Source of the DNA: a bacterium
Lineage (GTDB): Bacteria > Zhuqueibacterota > Zhuqueibacteria > Oceanimicrobiales > Oceanimicrobiaceae
Reading direction: 5' to 3'
Assembly: GCA_037446635.1 (NCBI GenBank)
Contig: JBBIIG010000039.1
Location: forward strand, 1-35,636
Length of the DNA stretch: 35,636 nucleotides
The notes under the pieces are model-generated. The model did not search any database, was not told the origin of the DNA, and saw only the letters and a program-made list of their open reading frames with translations. This document shows, piece after piece, positions 24,139-35,214 of this stretch. The stretch's first letter is position 1. Each line of letters opens with the position of its first letter. Position numbers and translations under genes: made by a program.

Positions 24139-24663
24139 TTGAAGAACGTTTCGCGAATTAATCCGTCGGAGTTGGATTTAAAAGAACGCGTTGTCCAAAT
24201 TAACCGCGTGGCAAAAGTGGTGAAGGGCGGCCGCCGCTTTAGCTTCAACGCGATTGTGGTGGTGGGCGATGGTAGGGGACACGTGGGCGTCGGTTTAGGC
24301 AAAGCCAACGAAGTTACCGATGCTATTTCCAAAGGGGCGGAAAACGCCAAAAAGTCGATCATCCGTGTGCCGGTGGTGAACGGCACGATTCCCCACGCCG
24401 TGAAGGCGAAATTTGGCGCCGGCAAAGTTCTGCTTCATCCGGCCTCGCCCGGCACCGGGGTGATCGCCGGGGGCGCGGTGCGCGCCATCGTCGAGTCTGC
24501 GGGCATCCAAAACATTTTGACGAAATCGCTGGGATCGCCCAATCCCCACAACGTTTCCAAAGCCACCATGGCGGCGCTTTCAAGCTTAATGGATCTGTCG
24601 CTGCTGGTTCGGCAGCGCGGGTTGACGGCCTCAGAAATTTTTAATAAAACCACTGTGGCATAA
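24139..24663 (+). CDS. rpsE: 30S ribosomal protein S5
   Basis: [34 protein letters not shown] start with GGGAG upstream. Confidence 0.98.
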   Translation: MKNVSRINPSELDLKERVVQINRVAKVVKGGRRFSFNAIVVVGDGRGHVGVGLGKANEVTDAISKGAENAKKSIIRVPVVNGTIPHAVKAKFGAGKVLLHPASPGTGVIAGGAVRAIVESAGIQNILTKSLGSPNPHNVSKATMAALSSLMDLSLLVRQRGLTASEIFNKTTVA

Positions 24664-24666
24664 AAC

Positions 24667-24855
24667 ATGGCGAAAAAAAAGCAGCTTAAAATTACCCAGT
24701 TCAAGAGCATCATCGGGCAGACCCAGCGGCAGAAACAAACCATCGCAGCTTTGGGCCTGCGGCGTATTCGCCACTCGGTGGTGCACAACGACACCCCGGC
24801 CATTCGGGGGATGATCGATAAAGTCAGACATTTAGTGACGGTCGAAGAGGCTTAA
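24667..24855 (+). CDS. rpmD: 50S ribosomal protein L30
   Basis: [28 protein letters not shown]. Confidence 0.98.
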   Translation: MAKKKQLKITQFKSIIGQTQRQKQTIAALGLRRIRHSVVHNDTPAIRGMIDKVRHLVTVEEA

Positions 24856-24870
24856 ACGGAAGAGGGTTGC

Positions 24871-25311
24871 ATGGATTTAGGTTCCTTGAAGCATTCGAAA
24901 GGCGCAGTGCATAAGCGCAAGCGAGTGGGTCGTGGAAACGGCTCTGGACACGGCGGCACCTCCTGCCGCGGCCACAAAGGACAGCGGTCGCGCGCCGGTT
25001 CCAAAATCAAGCCCTGGTTCGAAGGCGGGCAGATGCCTCTGCAGCGGCGGCTACCGAAACGCGGCTTCACCAACATTTTCAAAAGTGAATTTCAAGTCGT
25101 CAATTTAAAAAGCCTCGAAAAGCTTAAAGCCGGCCAGCCGATCACGCCAGAAACCCTCTATGAAAAGGGGGTTATCAGCAAGCGCTCGGTGCCCGTTAAA
25201 ATTTTAGGAGAAGGCGAGGTCAAATCGGCGCTTGAAATTTCGGCGCATGCCTTCAGCGCCTCGGCCAAAGAAAAAATTGAAAAAGCGGGTGGGAAGGTAA
25301 CGCTTTTATGA
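24871..25311 (+). CDS. rplO: 50S ribosomal protein L15
   Basis: RVGRGNGSG, RGHKGQ, FEGGQMPLQRRLPKRGF, IEKAGG. Confidence 0.99.
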   Translation: MDLGSLKHSKGAVHKRKRVGRGNGSGHGGTSCRGHKGQRSRAGSKIKPWFEGGQMPLQRRLPKRGFTNIFKSEFQVVNLKSLEKLKAGQPITPETLYEKGVISKRSVPVKILGEGEVKSALEISAHAFSASAKEKIEKAGGKVTLL

Positions 25312-26645
25312 TTCAGGGCTTTCAGAACGTTTTCAAAATACCGGAGCTGAAGCAGCGCATTATTTTTACGCTGCTGATTTTGGTGGTGTACCGCATCGGC
25401 GGGCATATCCCGGTGCCGGGAATCAACAGCGAAGCCTTGCTGGCGTTTTTCGACGAGGCCAGCCAGGGGCGCGGGCTGTTGAGTTTGTATGATCTTTTTG
25501 CTGGCGGCGCGTTCAGGCGGGCGACGCTCTTTGCGTTGGGCATCATGCCGTATATTTCCGCTTCCATCATCATTCAGCTTTTGGGAGCGGTCGTCCCCTA
25601 TTTCCAAAAGCTGCAAAAGGAAGGCGAGGAAGGCCGCAAAAAGATCACCCAGTACACCCGTTACGGCACGGTCTTTATTTCGGCCATGCAAGCCTACGGT
25701 GTGAGCATATTTTTGGAGAGCATTCGTACCAGTCAGAACATTCCCGTGGTACCGGATCCCGGCTGGGGCTTCCGCTTTTTGACCATGATTTCACTGACGG
25801 CCGGCACGGTTTTGATCATGTGGCTGGGCGAGCAGATCACGGAGCGCGGGATCGGCAACGGCATTTCGTTAATCATTTTTATTGGCATTGTTGCCACCCT
25901 GCCGAACGCCATTATTGAAGAAGTTAAGCAATACCAGCTTGGCGAGAACCGCTTGCTGCTCGATATTTTTCTGCTGGGAGTTTTGGTGTTGACCACGGCG
26001 GCCGTGGTGGCGCTTACCCAGGGCACGCGCAAAATCCCGGTGCAATACGCCAAACGGGTGGTGGGACGAATAATCTACGGCGGACAAAGCACGCACATTC
26101 CGCTGCGGGTCAACACGGCGGGCGTGATGCCGATCATCTTCGCCCAGTCGATCATGTTTGTGCCGCAAACGGTGCTGACGTTTTTTCCCAACAGCGACCT
26201 GATGAATTCCGTGGCGCGCTATTTTGATTTTCAATCGCTGTTGTACTGGATGATTTACGGAATTTTGATCGTGTTCTTTACCTATTTTTACACCGCCATC
26301 GCATTCAACCCGGTGGATGTGGCGGATAACATGAAAAAATACGGCGGCTTTATTCCGGGGGTGCGGCCGGGAAAGCGCACCGCCGAGTTCATTGATAACA
26401 TTTTGACGCGCATCACGCTGCCGGGCTCCATTTGTCTGGCGGTGATTGCGATTTTCCCGTACATCATCACCAAATTCACCAACGTGTCGTTCAACTTCGC
26501 CTCGTTTTACGGCGGCACCTCGCTGCTGATCATCGTCGGGGTGGCGCTGGATACCCTGCAGCAATTGGAGTCGCATCTGTTGATGCGGCATTACGATGGC
26601 TTCATGAAAGGCGGAGGACGAATTCGAGGCCGCCGGCGCTTCTAA
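25308..26645 (+). CDS. secY: Preprotein translocase subunit SecY
   Basis: FALGIMPYISASII, WLGEQITERGIGNGISLII, GGFIPGVRPG, GGTSLLIIVGV; ATGA overlap with rplO. Confidence 0.99.
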   Translation: MIQGFQNVFKIPELKQRIIFTLLILVVYRIGGHIPVPGINSEALLAFFDEASQGRGLLSLYDLFAGGAFRRATLFALGIMPYISASIIIQLLGAVVPYFQKLQKEGEEGRKKITQYTRYGTVFISAMQAYGVSIFLESIRTSQNIPVVPDPGWGFRFLTMISLTAGTVLIMWLGEQITERGIGNGISLIIFIGIVATLPNAIIEEVKQYQLGENRLLLDIFLLGVLVLTTAAVVALTQGTRKIPVQYAKRVVGRIIYGGQSTHIPLRVNTAGVMPIIFAQSIMFVPQTVLTFFPNSDLMNSVARYFDFQSLLYWMIYGILIVFFTYFYTAIAFNPVDVADNMKKYGGFIPGVRPGKRTAEFIDNILTRITLPGSICLAVIAIFPYIITKFTNVSFNFASFYGGTSLLIIVGVALDTLQQLESHLLMRHYDGFMKGGGRIRGRRRF

Positions 26646-26649
26646 GCTA

Positions 26650-27399
26650 ATGATTCACATTCGAAGTAAACGCGAAATCGAGTTGATTCGGAATAGCTGC
26701 CAGATTGTCGTCGAAACCTTCAAAGTGGTGGAGCAGCTTATCAAGCCCGGCGTGAGCACTAATTTGATCGATAAAGAGGCGGCGCGGTTCATTCACTCAA
26801 AAGGCGCGCGTCCGGCGTTTAAAGGCTACCGCGGATTTCCGGCCAGTGCCTGCATTTCTGTGGAAGACGAAGTGGTGCACGGCATCCCCGGAAATCGCAT
26901 TTTGAAAGAAGGAGAGATCGTCAGCATTGATATTGGGGTAGAGTGCGAGGGATTTTTTGGCGACGGGGCGAAGACCTTCGCGGTCGGCGAAATTTCTCCC
27001 GAGAAACGCCGGCTCATGCGCGTCACCCTGCAGGCGTTGAACGAAGGGGTTAAAGAAGCCCGGGCCGGCGCGCGGCTCTCGAACATCTCTCATCGCATTC
27101 AGACGATTGTCGAAGCCGCTCATTTTTCGGTGGTGCGAGACTTAGTGGGGCACGGAGTTGGCCGGAAGCTGCACGAAGATCCCCAAATTCCGAACTACGG
27201 TTCTCCTAACAGCGGTCCGCGCTTGCGGCCGGGGATGGTGCTGGCCATTGAGCCGATGGTGAACCTCGGCGGTTGTGAAGTGGTTACAGCAGAGGACAAT
27301 TGGACGGTTTCCACTGAAGATGGCTCGCCGTCTGCGCATTTCGAGCACACGGTGGCGGTCACCGACGGCGAACCGGATATTTTAACTTTAGGGTTATAG
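26650..27399 (+). CDS. map: Methionine aminopeptidase, type I
   Basis: VVHGIP, SIDIG, FFGD, GHGVG, LHEDP, AIEPM, SAHFEHT. Confidence 0.98.
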   Translation: MIHIRSKREIELIRNSCQIVVETFKVVEQLIKPGVSTNLIDKEAARFIHSKGARPAFKGYRGFPASACISVEDEVVHGIPGNRILKEGEIVSIDIGVECEGFFGDGAKTFAVGEISPEKRRLMRVTLQALNEGVKEARAGARLSNISHRIQTIVEAAHFSVVRDLVGHGVGRKLHEDPQIPNYGSPNSGPRLRPGMVLAIEPMVNLGGCEVVTAEDNWTVSTEDGSPSAHFEHTVAVTDGEPDILTLGL

Positions 27400-27406
27400 A
27401 TTTTGT

Positions 27407-27625
27407 ATGGCAAAAGAAGAAGCCATAAAAGTAGATGGAACCATTTTAGAAACGTTGCCCAACGCAACGTTCCGAGTTGAATTGGAAAACGGCCATAAAG
27501 TTCTGGCGCATATTTCCGGAAAAATGCGCATGCATTTCATTAAAATCCTCCCGGGAGATAAAGTCACGCTGGAGCTGTCTCCGTACGATTTAAGCCGGGG
27601 AAGAATTGTTTATCGACACAAATAA
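27407..27625 (+). CDS. infA: Translation initiation factor IF-1
   Basis: [41 protein letters not shown]. Confidence 0.99.
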   Translation: MAKEEAIKVDGTILETLPNATFRVELENGHKVLAHISGKMRMHFIKILPGDKVTLELSPYDLSRGRIVYRHK

Positions 27626-27637
27626 GGTCAGCAAGAA

Positions 27638-27751
27638 ATGAAAGTTCGTTCATCGTTAAAGCGTATTTGTGAAAACTGCAAGATCATTCGGCGCAAAGGC
27701 CGCATGTACGTGATTTGCAAGAATCCCCGCCACAAACAGCGTCAAGGTTAA
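27638..27751 (+). CDS. rpmJ: 50S ribosomal protein L36 (zinc-ribbon C+ type); not in ORF track
   Basis: Manual translation [37 protein letters not shown] (37 aa). Confidence 0.98.
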   Translation: MKVRSSLKRICENCKIIRRKGRMYVICKNPRHKQRQG

Positions 27752-27776
27752 TGATTTAAGAAAATGGAGGTTTGCT

Positions 27777-28163
27777 TTGGCTCGTATCGCAGGAGTTGAT
27801 TTACCAAAAGAAAAGCGGGTGGAGGTGGGTTTAACTTATATTTTCGGGATCGGGATGGCCAATTCCCGCAAAATTCTGGCCGCGGCTGGCGTGAATCCCG
27901 ACACGCGAGTGAAGGATTTGACTAACGACGACGTGGCAAAAATCCGCAATATCATCACCAAAGATCACAAAGTTGAGGGCGCTTTGCGCACCGAAATCAC
28001 CATGAATATCAAACGGCTGATGGATATTGGCTGCTACCGCGGGTTGCGCCATCGCCGCGGCTTGCCGGTGCGCGGCCAGCGCACCCACACCAACGCCCGC
28101 ACCCGGCGCGGCAAACGCTCCACGGTGGCGATTATCAAAAAACAAACGACTCCGGGTTCATAA
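27777..28163 (+). CDS. rpsM: 30S ribosomal protein S13
   Basis: [37 protein letters not shown] start with GGAGG at 27766-27770. Confidence 0.99.
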   Translation: MARIAGVDLPKEKRVEVGLTYIFGIGMANSRKILAAAGVNPDTRVKDLTNDDVAKIRNIITKDHKVEGALRTEITMNIKRLMDIGCYRGLRHRRGLPVRGQRTHTNARTRRGKRSTVAIIKKQTTPGS

Positions 28164-28182
28164 TATTTAAAAGGAAACTTGC

Positions 28183-28572
28183 ATGGCTGCACCTAAAAAA
28201 ACCAAAACCAAGAAAAAAGAAAAAGTTGAATCGAACGGTCTGGCTCATATCAAAGCAACCTTTAACAACACGATTATCACTTTAACTGACCAGTACGGCA
28301 ACGTGATTTCCTGGGCCAGCGCCGGCAAAATCGGCTTTAAGGGCTCGCGCAAAAGCACGCCGTTCGCGGCGCAGTTGTCGGCGGAAGCCGCGGCCAAAGA
28401 AGCGATGGAATTGGGGCTGCAGCGGGTAGAGGTTTTGATTAAAGGCCCGGGCGCCGGTCGGGAATCGGCGGTGCGATCGCTGCAAGCCGCCGGACTGGAA
28501 ATCACCGCCATCAAAGATGTGACCCCGATTCCGCATAACGGCTGCCGGCCGCCCAAGCGCCGCCGCGTTTAA
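28183..28572 (+). CDS. rpsK: 30S ribosomal protein S11
   Basis: [34 protein letters not shown]. Confidence 0.99.
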   Translation: MAAPKKTKTKKKEKVESNGLAHIKATFNNTIITLTDQYGNVISWASAGKIGFKGSRKSTPFAAQLSAEAAAKEAMELGLQRVEVLIKGPGAGRESAVRSLQAAGLEITAIKDVTPIPHNGCRPPKRRRV

Positions 28573-28604
28573 ACTTGAATTTTTAAGGAGGCTTTGAAAA
28601 ATAG

Positions 28605-29234
28605 ATGGCAAGATATATCGGACCAGTTTGCAAGCTCTGTCGGCGCGAAGAACAAAAATTGTTTTTGAAAGGCGCAAAATGCGTTTCGCCGAAATGCCCC
28701 GTTGAAAAACGCGGTTACCCGCCCGGCCAGCACGGCAACACCCGCCGTTTCAAGCAATCCGAATACGGGGTGCAGCTCCGTGAAAAGCAGAAGGTGCGCC
28801 GAATTTACGGCTTATTGGAGCGCCAGTTCCATAACACCTTCGCCGCCGCCATTCGCCAGAAAGGCATCACCAGCGAAGTGTTGCTGCAATACCTGGAGCG
28901 GCGGCTGGATAATATTGTTTATCGGCTGGGGTTTGCGCCGTCGCGCAAGGCGGCGCGGCAGTTGGTTCGCCACGGCCACTTCACCGTCAACGATCGGGTG
29001 GTGAACATCCCGTCGTTCATGTTGAAGGCCGGCGACGTGGTGCAAGTGCGCGACAAGAGCAAAAAGATGGAGGCGATTCACGCCGCCATGAAGCGCATGC
29101 GCGAGGGCAAACTCGTCCCGTGGCTCGATCTCGACAAAGCCGCCATGAAGGGCGCGCTTCTGAACATCCCCGGCCGCGCGGATATTCCACTGGAAGCCAA
29201 CGAGTCGCTGATCGTTGAATTATACTCAAAGTAA
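28605..29234 (+). CDS. rpsD: 30S ribosomal protein S4 (four-cysteine N-terminus)
   Basis: GPVCKLCRRE..KC..KC, PGQHG, QLREKQK, LERRLDN, IVELYSK. Confidence 0.99.
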   Translation: MARYIGPVCKLCRREEQKLFLKGAKCVSPKCPVEKRGYPPGQHGNTRRFKQSEYGVQLREKQKVRRIYGLLERQFHNTFAAAIRQKGITSEVLLQYLERRLDNIVYRLGFAPSRKAARQLVRHGHFTVNDRVVNIPSFMLKAGDVVQVRDKSKKMEAIHAAMKRMREGKLVPWLDLDKAAMKGALLNIPGRADIPLEANESLIVELYSK

Positions 29235-29267
29235 CTTGTAACAAATTTTTTGGAGAAAAAAGCAAGT

Positions 29268-30254
29268 ATGAATTGGCCTAATTTTCAAATGCCAGAAAGC
29301 ATAGATTTAGATAGCGCCACCTATTCCAACAATTACGGCAAGTTTGTCATTCAGCCATTAGAAAGAGGATACGGCGCGACCATCGGTAACGCCATGCGGC
29401 GGGTGTTGTTATCGTCGCTGCCCGGCGCTGCCATCACTATGATTCGCGTGGAAAACGTTTTGCACGAATTTTCTACGATTCCGGGAGTAGTGGAAGACGT
29501 TGCTGAGATGATTCTCAACTTGAAAGAGGTGCGATTTAAGTTAGTCAGCAAGAAACCGGATAAAGTGGTGCTGCGCTTAAAAGGCCCCCGTGAATTCAAG
29601 GCCGGCGACATCCAAAACGGCTCCGCTGAGTTCGAGGTGCTGAACCCAGATAGGCACATCGCCACCCTGGGGAAGGACGCCAATTTTGAGCTGGAATTGC
29701 GAATTTCCCGCGGCCGCGGCTACGTGCCGGCCGAAGAAAACAAGCAGGCCGATCAACCCATCGGCGCGATTCCCATCGACGCCATTTATACGCCGGTGAA
29801 GAACGTCACCTACCACGTTGAAAATACGCGGCTTGGCCATCGCACCGACTACGAAAAACTCATCCTCGAAGTGGAAACCGACGGCAGCGTTACCCCGGAT
29901 GACGCGCTGACCTACGCCGCCAAAATTCTCAAAGACCACATTCAGCTTTTCATCAATTTCGACATCGAGCCGGAGCAGGAAGAGCCGGCTGAAATGGACG
30001 AAGAGATTATTCGCATTCGCAAGCTGCTGAAAATGCCGGTGGACGAGCTCGAGTTGTCGGTGCGTTCCTACAATTGCCTGATGGCCGCCAACATCAAAAC
30101 CATCGGCGACCTGGTTAAACGCGACGAGCAGGAGATGCTCAAATTCCGCAACTTCGGGCGCAAGTCCCTGCAGGAACTCACCAAAATTTTAGAAGAAAAG
30201 GGACTTCATTTTGGGATGGACACCGACAAGTATCTCAAAGGCGACAACGAATAG
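29268..30254 (+). CDS. rpoA: DNA-directed RNA polymerase subunit alpha
   Basis: PLERGYGATIGNAMRRVLLSSLPG, HEFSTIPGVVED, alpha-CTD LELSVRSYNCL and NFGRKSL; ATG 29268 (GGAG at 29252-29255) preferred over TTG 29250. Confidence 0.97.
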   Translation: MNWPNFQMPESIDLDSATYSNNYGKFVIQPLERGYGATIGNAMRRVLLSSLPGAAITMIRVENVLHEFSTIPGVVEDVAEMILNLKEVRFKLVSKKPDKVVLRLKGPREFKAGDIQNGSAEFEVLNPDRHIATLGKDANFELELRISRGRGYVPAEENKQADQPIGAIPIDAIYTPVKNVTYHVENTRLGHRTDYEKLILEVETDGSVTPDDALTYAAKILKDHIQLFINFDIEPEQEEPAEMDEEIIRIRKLLKMPVDELELSVRSYNCLMAANIKTIGDLVKRDEQEMLKFRNFGRKSLQELTKILEEKGLHFGMDTDKYLKGDNE

Positions 30255-30269
30255 CAAAGGAACGCCCAC

Positions 30270-30731
30270 ATGCGACATCGAAAAGCACATCGAAAATTAG
30301 GACGCACCGCCAGCCACCGCAAAGCGCTGCTGGAAAACCTGGCGGCGACTCTGTTTGAACATAAACACATTCGAACCACCTTAGCCAAAGCCAAAGAGGT
30401 GCGCGGCGTCGCGGAACGATTGATTACATTTGCCAAAAGCGGCACGCTGGCCGATCGCCGGCAGGTGCTGCGCGCCATTCCGGATAAGAAAATCGTCAAA
30501 AACCTGTTTACGGAATTGGCGCCCACCTACCAGAATCGCAACGGTGGGTACACCCGTTTCATCAAGTTAGGCCGCCGCCGCGGCGACGGTGCGGAAATGG
30601 CCATTTTAGAATTGGTGGGATTCGAGGAAGTGCAGGTCCAAAAGCAAAAAACTCGCGAAGAAGCCAAAGCCAAAAAAGAGAAACGCAAACAGGGTAAAGC
30701 AACCGAAAAAGAAAAGGCCGAGGCAAAGTAA
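30270..30731 (+). CDS. rplQ: 50S ribosomal protein L17
   Basis: MRHRK, KLGRTASHRKA, TTLAKAKE, RNGGYTR, RRGDGAEMA; Lys/Glu-rich C-terminal tail. Confidence 0.99.
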   Translation: MRHRKAHRKLGRTASHRKALLENLAATLFEHKHIRTTLAKAKEVRGVAERLITFAKSGTLADRRQVLRAIPDKKIVKNLFTELAPTYQNRNGGYTRFIKLGRRRGDGAEMAILELVGFEEVQVQKQKTREEAKAKKEKRKQGKATEKEKAEAK

Positions 30732-30765
30732 TTTTTTTTTGGAAATGAGATCGCTGCAATTTTTT

Positions 30766-30805
30766 AAGCCGATTGTTCGACGTGGGCATTCGGCTTTGTT
30801 GTTTA
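30766..30805 (+). terminator. Likely intrinsic terminator ending the alpha operon
   Basis: AAGCCGA (30766-30772) pairs with TCGGCTT (30790-30796); inner TGTTC/GGGCA stem with G-U pairs; followed by T-rich TGTTGTTTA. Confidence 0.55.
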
Positions 30806-30826
30806 TATCTGTGAAAATCGAATTTA

Positions 30827-30882
30827 CTCGTTCCCAAACTTCCAGTTTGCGAACGCAATTGTAGCGCAAAGTTCTGTTTTGC
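30827..30882. repeat. Degenerate REP-like palindromic repeat (two adjacent imperfect hairpins)
   Basis: CGTTC-C-CAAACT-TCC-AGTTTG-C-GAACG hairpin (30829-30855), then GTAG-C-GCAAA-GTTCTGT-TTTGC (30861-30882); the units share a CAAA..TTTG core; only one locus seen in this window. Confidence 0.4.
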
Positions 30883-30962
30883 AAATATGCCGCGAGACGG
30901 AGAATGCGGATTTCCAGTCCGCCAATCGCACCGGCCTTGCCAAAAAATCGCGGATCAAAACT

Positions 30963-30971
30963 TGTTAAAAT
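30963..30971 (+). promoter_or_regulatory. Candidate extended -10 promoter for the hutU-hutI-lipoprotein-OMP unit
   Basis: TG-T-TAAAAT about 60 nt upstream of the hutU ATG; no properly spaced -35 seen. Confidence 0.3.
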
Positions 30972-31029
30972 CGGATGCTTTCTGATCATTCGACGTTCTA
31001 TTCAGTTCCAGAGGGAGTCGAGAAATAAA

Positions 31030-32690
<1,661 letters not shown>

Positions 32691-32694
<4 letters not shown>

Positions 32695-33947
32695 AAGCCG
32701 ATCTTTTAATAACTAACGCCGCCGAGCTGGCCACGCCGTTAGGCCATCCCGAATTTAAACCCGCTGAGTTTTTGATTTTGCACGACGCCGCCGTGGCCGC
32801 TTTTCGAGGCCAAATCGTTTGGGTGGGCCCAAGCGCGGAAGTCAAAAAAAATGTCCAGCTCGAAACGCCCGCGCAATTCGTTGACGCGGCTGGCAAAACC
32901 GTCACCCCCGGCTTTGTGGATTGCCACACCCACCCGATTTTTTTCGGCGCCCGCGAGGATGAGTTCGAGATGCGCATCGCCGGCAAAAGTTACGAAGAGA
33001 TCGCCCGCGCCGGCGGCGGCATCCGTTCCACCGTCCGGAAGGTACGTAAAGCTTCGAAAGAAGAATTGATCGCCGCGGCTCTTCCCCGGCTGGATCGGTT
33101 TTTGGCGTTGGGGACGACTACCATCGAGGCCAAGAGCGGCTACGGCTTGAGCCTGGCGGATGAAATCAAACTGCTGGAAGTCATCCGCGAGCTGGACGCT
33201 CTTCACCCCCTTGATTTGGTTCCGACTTTTTTGGGCGCGCACGAAATTCCCGATGAATATCGCCACAATAAATCAGCTTATGTTGATTTGGTGATCGAGG
33301 AAATGATCCCGGCGGTTCGCGAACGGGGGCTGGCGGAGTTTTGCGACATCTTTTGCGAGTCGCAGGTTTTCGACGCGGCCGATTCTCGAAAAATTCTCAC
33401 CGCCGCCCGCGACGCCGGTTTCGCGCTTAAAATTCACGCCGAGCAGTTAACCCGCACCGGCGGCAGTGCGCTGGCGGCGGAGTTGGGCGCCATCTCCGCG
33501 GACCATCTCGAAAACACCACTCCGGATGATTGGGAGAAAATGAAGGCGAGCAACGTGGCGCCGGTGCTGCTGCCGGGCGCGGTATTTTTTTTAGGAAAAG
33601 AGCGCTACGCCCCCGGGCGGCAAATGCTTGATTTCGGACTGCCGGTTGCGGTCGCTACGGACTTCAACCCCGGAAGCTGCATGTCGGAATCGATGCCGAT
33701 GATGCTCACTTTGAGTTGCTTGAAATTGCGGCTCACCCCGGCAGAGGCGCTCACCGCCGCGACCTACCACGGCGCGCTGGCGATCCAGCGGGGGAACTTG
33801 TTGGGAACCGTCGAAGTAGGCAAAAAGGCCGATTTGGTCATTTGGGACGCTCCAAATCATAAACATCTTCCCTATCATTTTGGAATAAATCTCGCCGATA
33901 GGGTTATAAAAAATGGAAAAGTCGTTTACGAAAAACCGCACGAATAA
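32691..33947 (+). CDS. hutI: Imidazolonepropionase
   Basis: [58 protein letters not shown] start overlaps the hutU stop (TTGA). Confidence 0.96.
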
Positions 33948-33968
33948 AAAGAAAGAATTGTCAATTAC

Positions 33969-35201
33969 ATGAAAGCATCGTCTAATGTAGAGATTTTTCA
34001 GCCCGTTCTTTTTGTTTTGCTCGCCGCTCTTTTCGCCTGCGGCAGCGACACGCCCATTCAGGGATTTGATCTCTCGAACCCCGATAGCCGCGGCTTGGTG
34101 GACAGCACGGCCATCAGAGAAGTAGATTTCGAGCTAACTTATACCGACTCCATTGTTCCCACCGGCGCCGTTAGTTCTTCGCTTCTGCTGGGATCATTCA
34201 ACAACGTCGAAAGCCGGGTGCTTCTTCGCTTCAACACCATTCCGGATACGGCCGAGATCACCAAGGCGGCGTTGATTTTGCGCACCAACGCCATCATTGG
34301 CGACGAGGTCAAGACGGCGTTTTCGGCGACCGTCCACAACGTGCTCGAAGATTGGAATGAACTCACCGTGACCGATGAAAACTTTCATCATAACTACGAC
34401 CGCAGCCCACTCGCATCTGCCGAGATTCTTTCCGTTACTCAGGTGTTCGATGAAAATGACTCCTTGATTATTGAGCCCGTTCGTTTCCAATTCAACGACG
34501 CAGGCGTTGCGCTGGTTAACGGCTGGGCCGATACCACGGATGCCACGCCCAATTACGGCATGTTAATCGATTTTAGCAACAGCGCATTCATTAAAAGTTT
34601 TTTTACGGTTAGCAACGCCGCCAATCGCCCGTTGCTGGAATTGGAAGTGATGAGCGGGTCGGTTTTGGATACGGTGTTTGTTCCGGTTACTCAAGACGCA
34701 TTCATAGCGCGCGAATTGCTACCCCCGCCAAGCGGGCCGTTGTACGTGGATAACATTTTTGGTAAGCATGCCATCGTTAAGTTTGATTTGTCCGCCATTC
34801 GCCGCGAATCAACCGTGAATCGTGCACAGTTGGAATTGACCGTGGATCAAGCCAATACCTTCATTAGCGAGTCGCAATTTTCGTTTCAGGTTATGCGGCT
34901 GTTGAAGCCATTTACCGAGCCGGACTCGGTTGCTTTCGATTTTGGCTTTGCTGCCTTGGCCACGGTTAGCGCGACCGGCTCGAAAATAACGGTTAGCGAG
35001 TCGTCGCTGCCGGTTTTCCGGAGAATCGTTCAGGATTGGGTGACGGGACAGGTTGAAAACCATGGCCTGCTGATTCGGACGAACACGCCGGGCCAATCTA
35101 TTTCCAGAGTCGCGATTGTGGCGGCGCAACTTAACCCCGCCGAAGCGCCCTTGTTACGAATCGATTTTTCCAGTGCGCCTTCCATACCGAATCAAAATTG
35201 A
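33969..35201 (+). CDS. Lipoprotein with two similar beta-rich domains (DUF4270/DNRLRE-like; candidate BamH-like)
   Basis: Hydrophobic signal ending in lipobox LFA-C; internal duplication (VLLRF..EITKAALIL..NGW..NYGMLI..RPLLEL versus IVKFD..TVNRAQLEL..QDW..NHGLLI..APLLRI). The CDS and lipobox are clear; the family assignment is by recognition only. Confidence 0.7.
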   Translation: MKASSNVEIFQPVLFVLLAALFACGSDTPIQGFDLSNPDSRGLVDSTAIREVDFELTYTDSIVPTGAVSSSLLLGSFNNVESRVLLRFNTIPDTAEITKAALILRTNAIIGDEVKTAFSATVHNVLEDWNELTVTDENFHHNYDRSPLASAEILSVTQVFDENDSLIIEPVRFQFNDAGVALVNGWADTTDATPNYGMLIDFSNSAFIKSFFTVSNAANRPLLELEVMSGSVLDTVFVPVTQDAFIARELLPPPSGPLYVDNIFGKHAIVKFDLSAIRRESTVNRAQLELTVDQANTFISESQFSFQVMRLLKPFTEPDSVAFDFGFAALATVSATGSKITVSESSLPVFRRIVQDWVTGQVENHGLLIRTNTPGQSISRVAIVAAQLNPAEAPLLRIDFSSAPSIPNQN

Positions 35202-35214
35202 GGTCACTAGTCCG

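Noticed and set aside
30732..30740. T9 homopolymer right after the rplQ stop
   Set aside because: Non-coding, with no stem before it; no evidence for phase variation or termination at this point.
30562..30989. Minus-strand ORFs 30562..30858 and 30606..30989 crossing the rplQ-hutU spacer
   Set aside because: They overlap rplQ antisense, their hydrophobic stretches mirror the Lys-rich L17 tail, and they show no family motifs.
30904..31029. 42-aa N-terminal extension of HutU given by the ORF track
   Set aside because: Not urocanase-like, and it spans the probable promoter/leader; ATG 31030 gives a normal-length enzyme.
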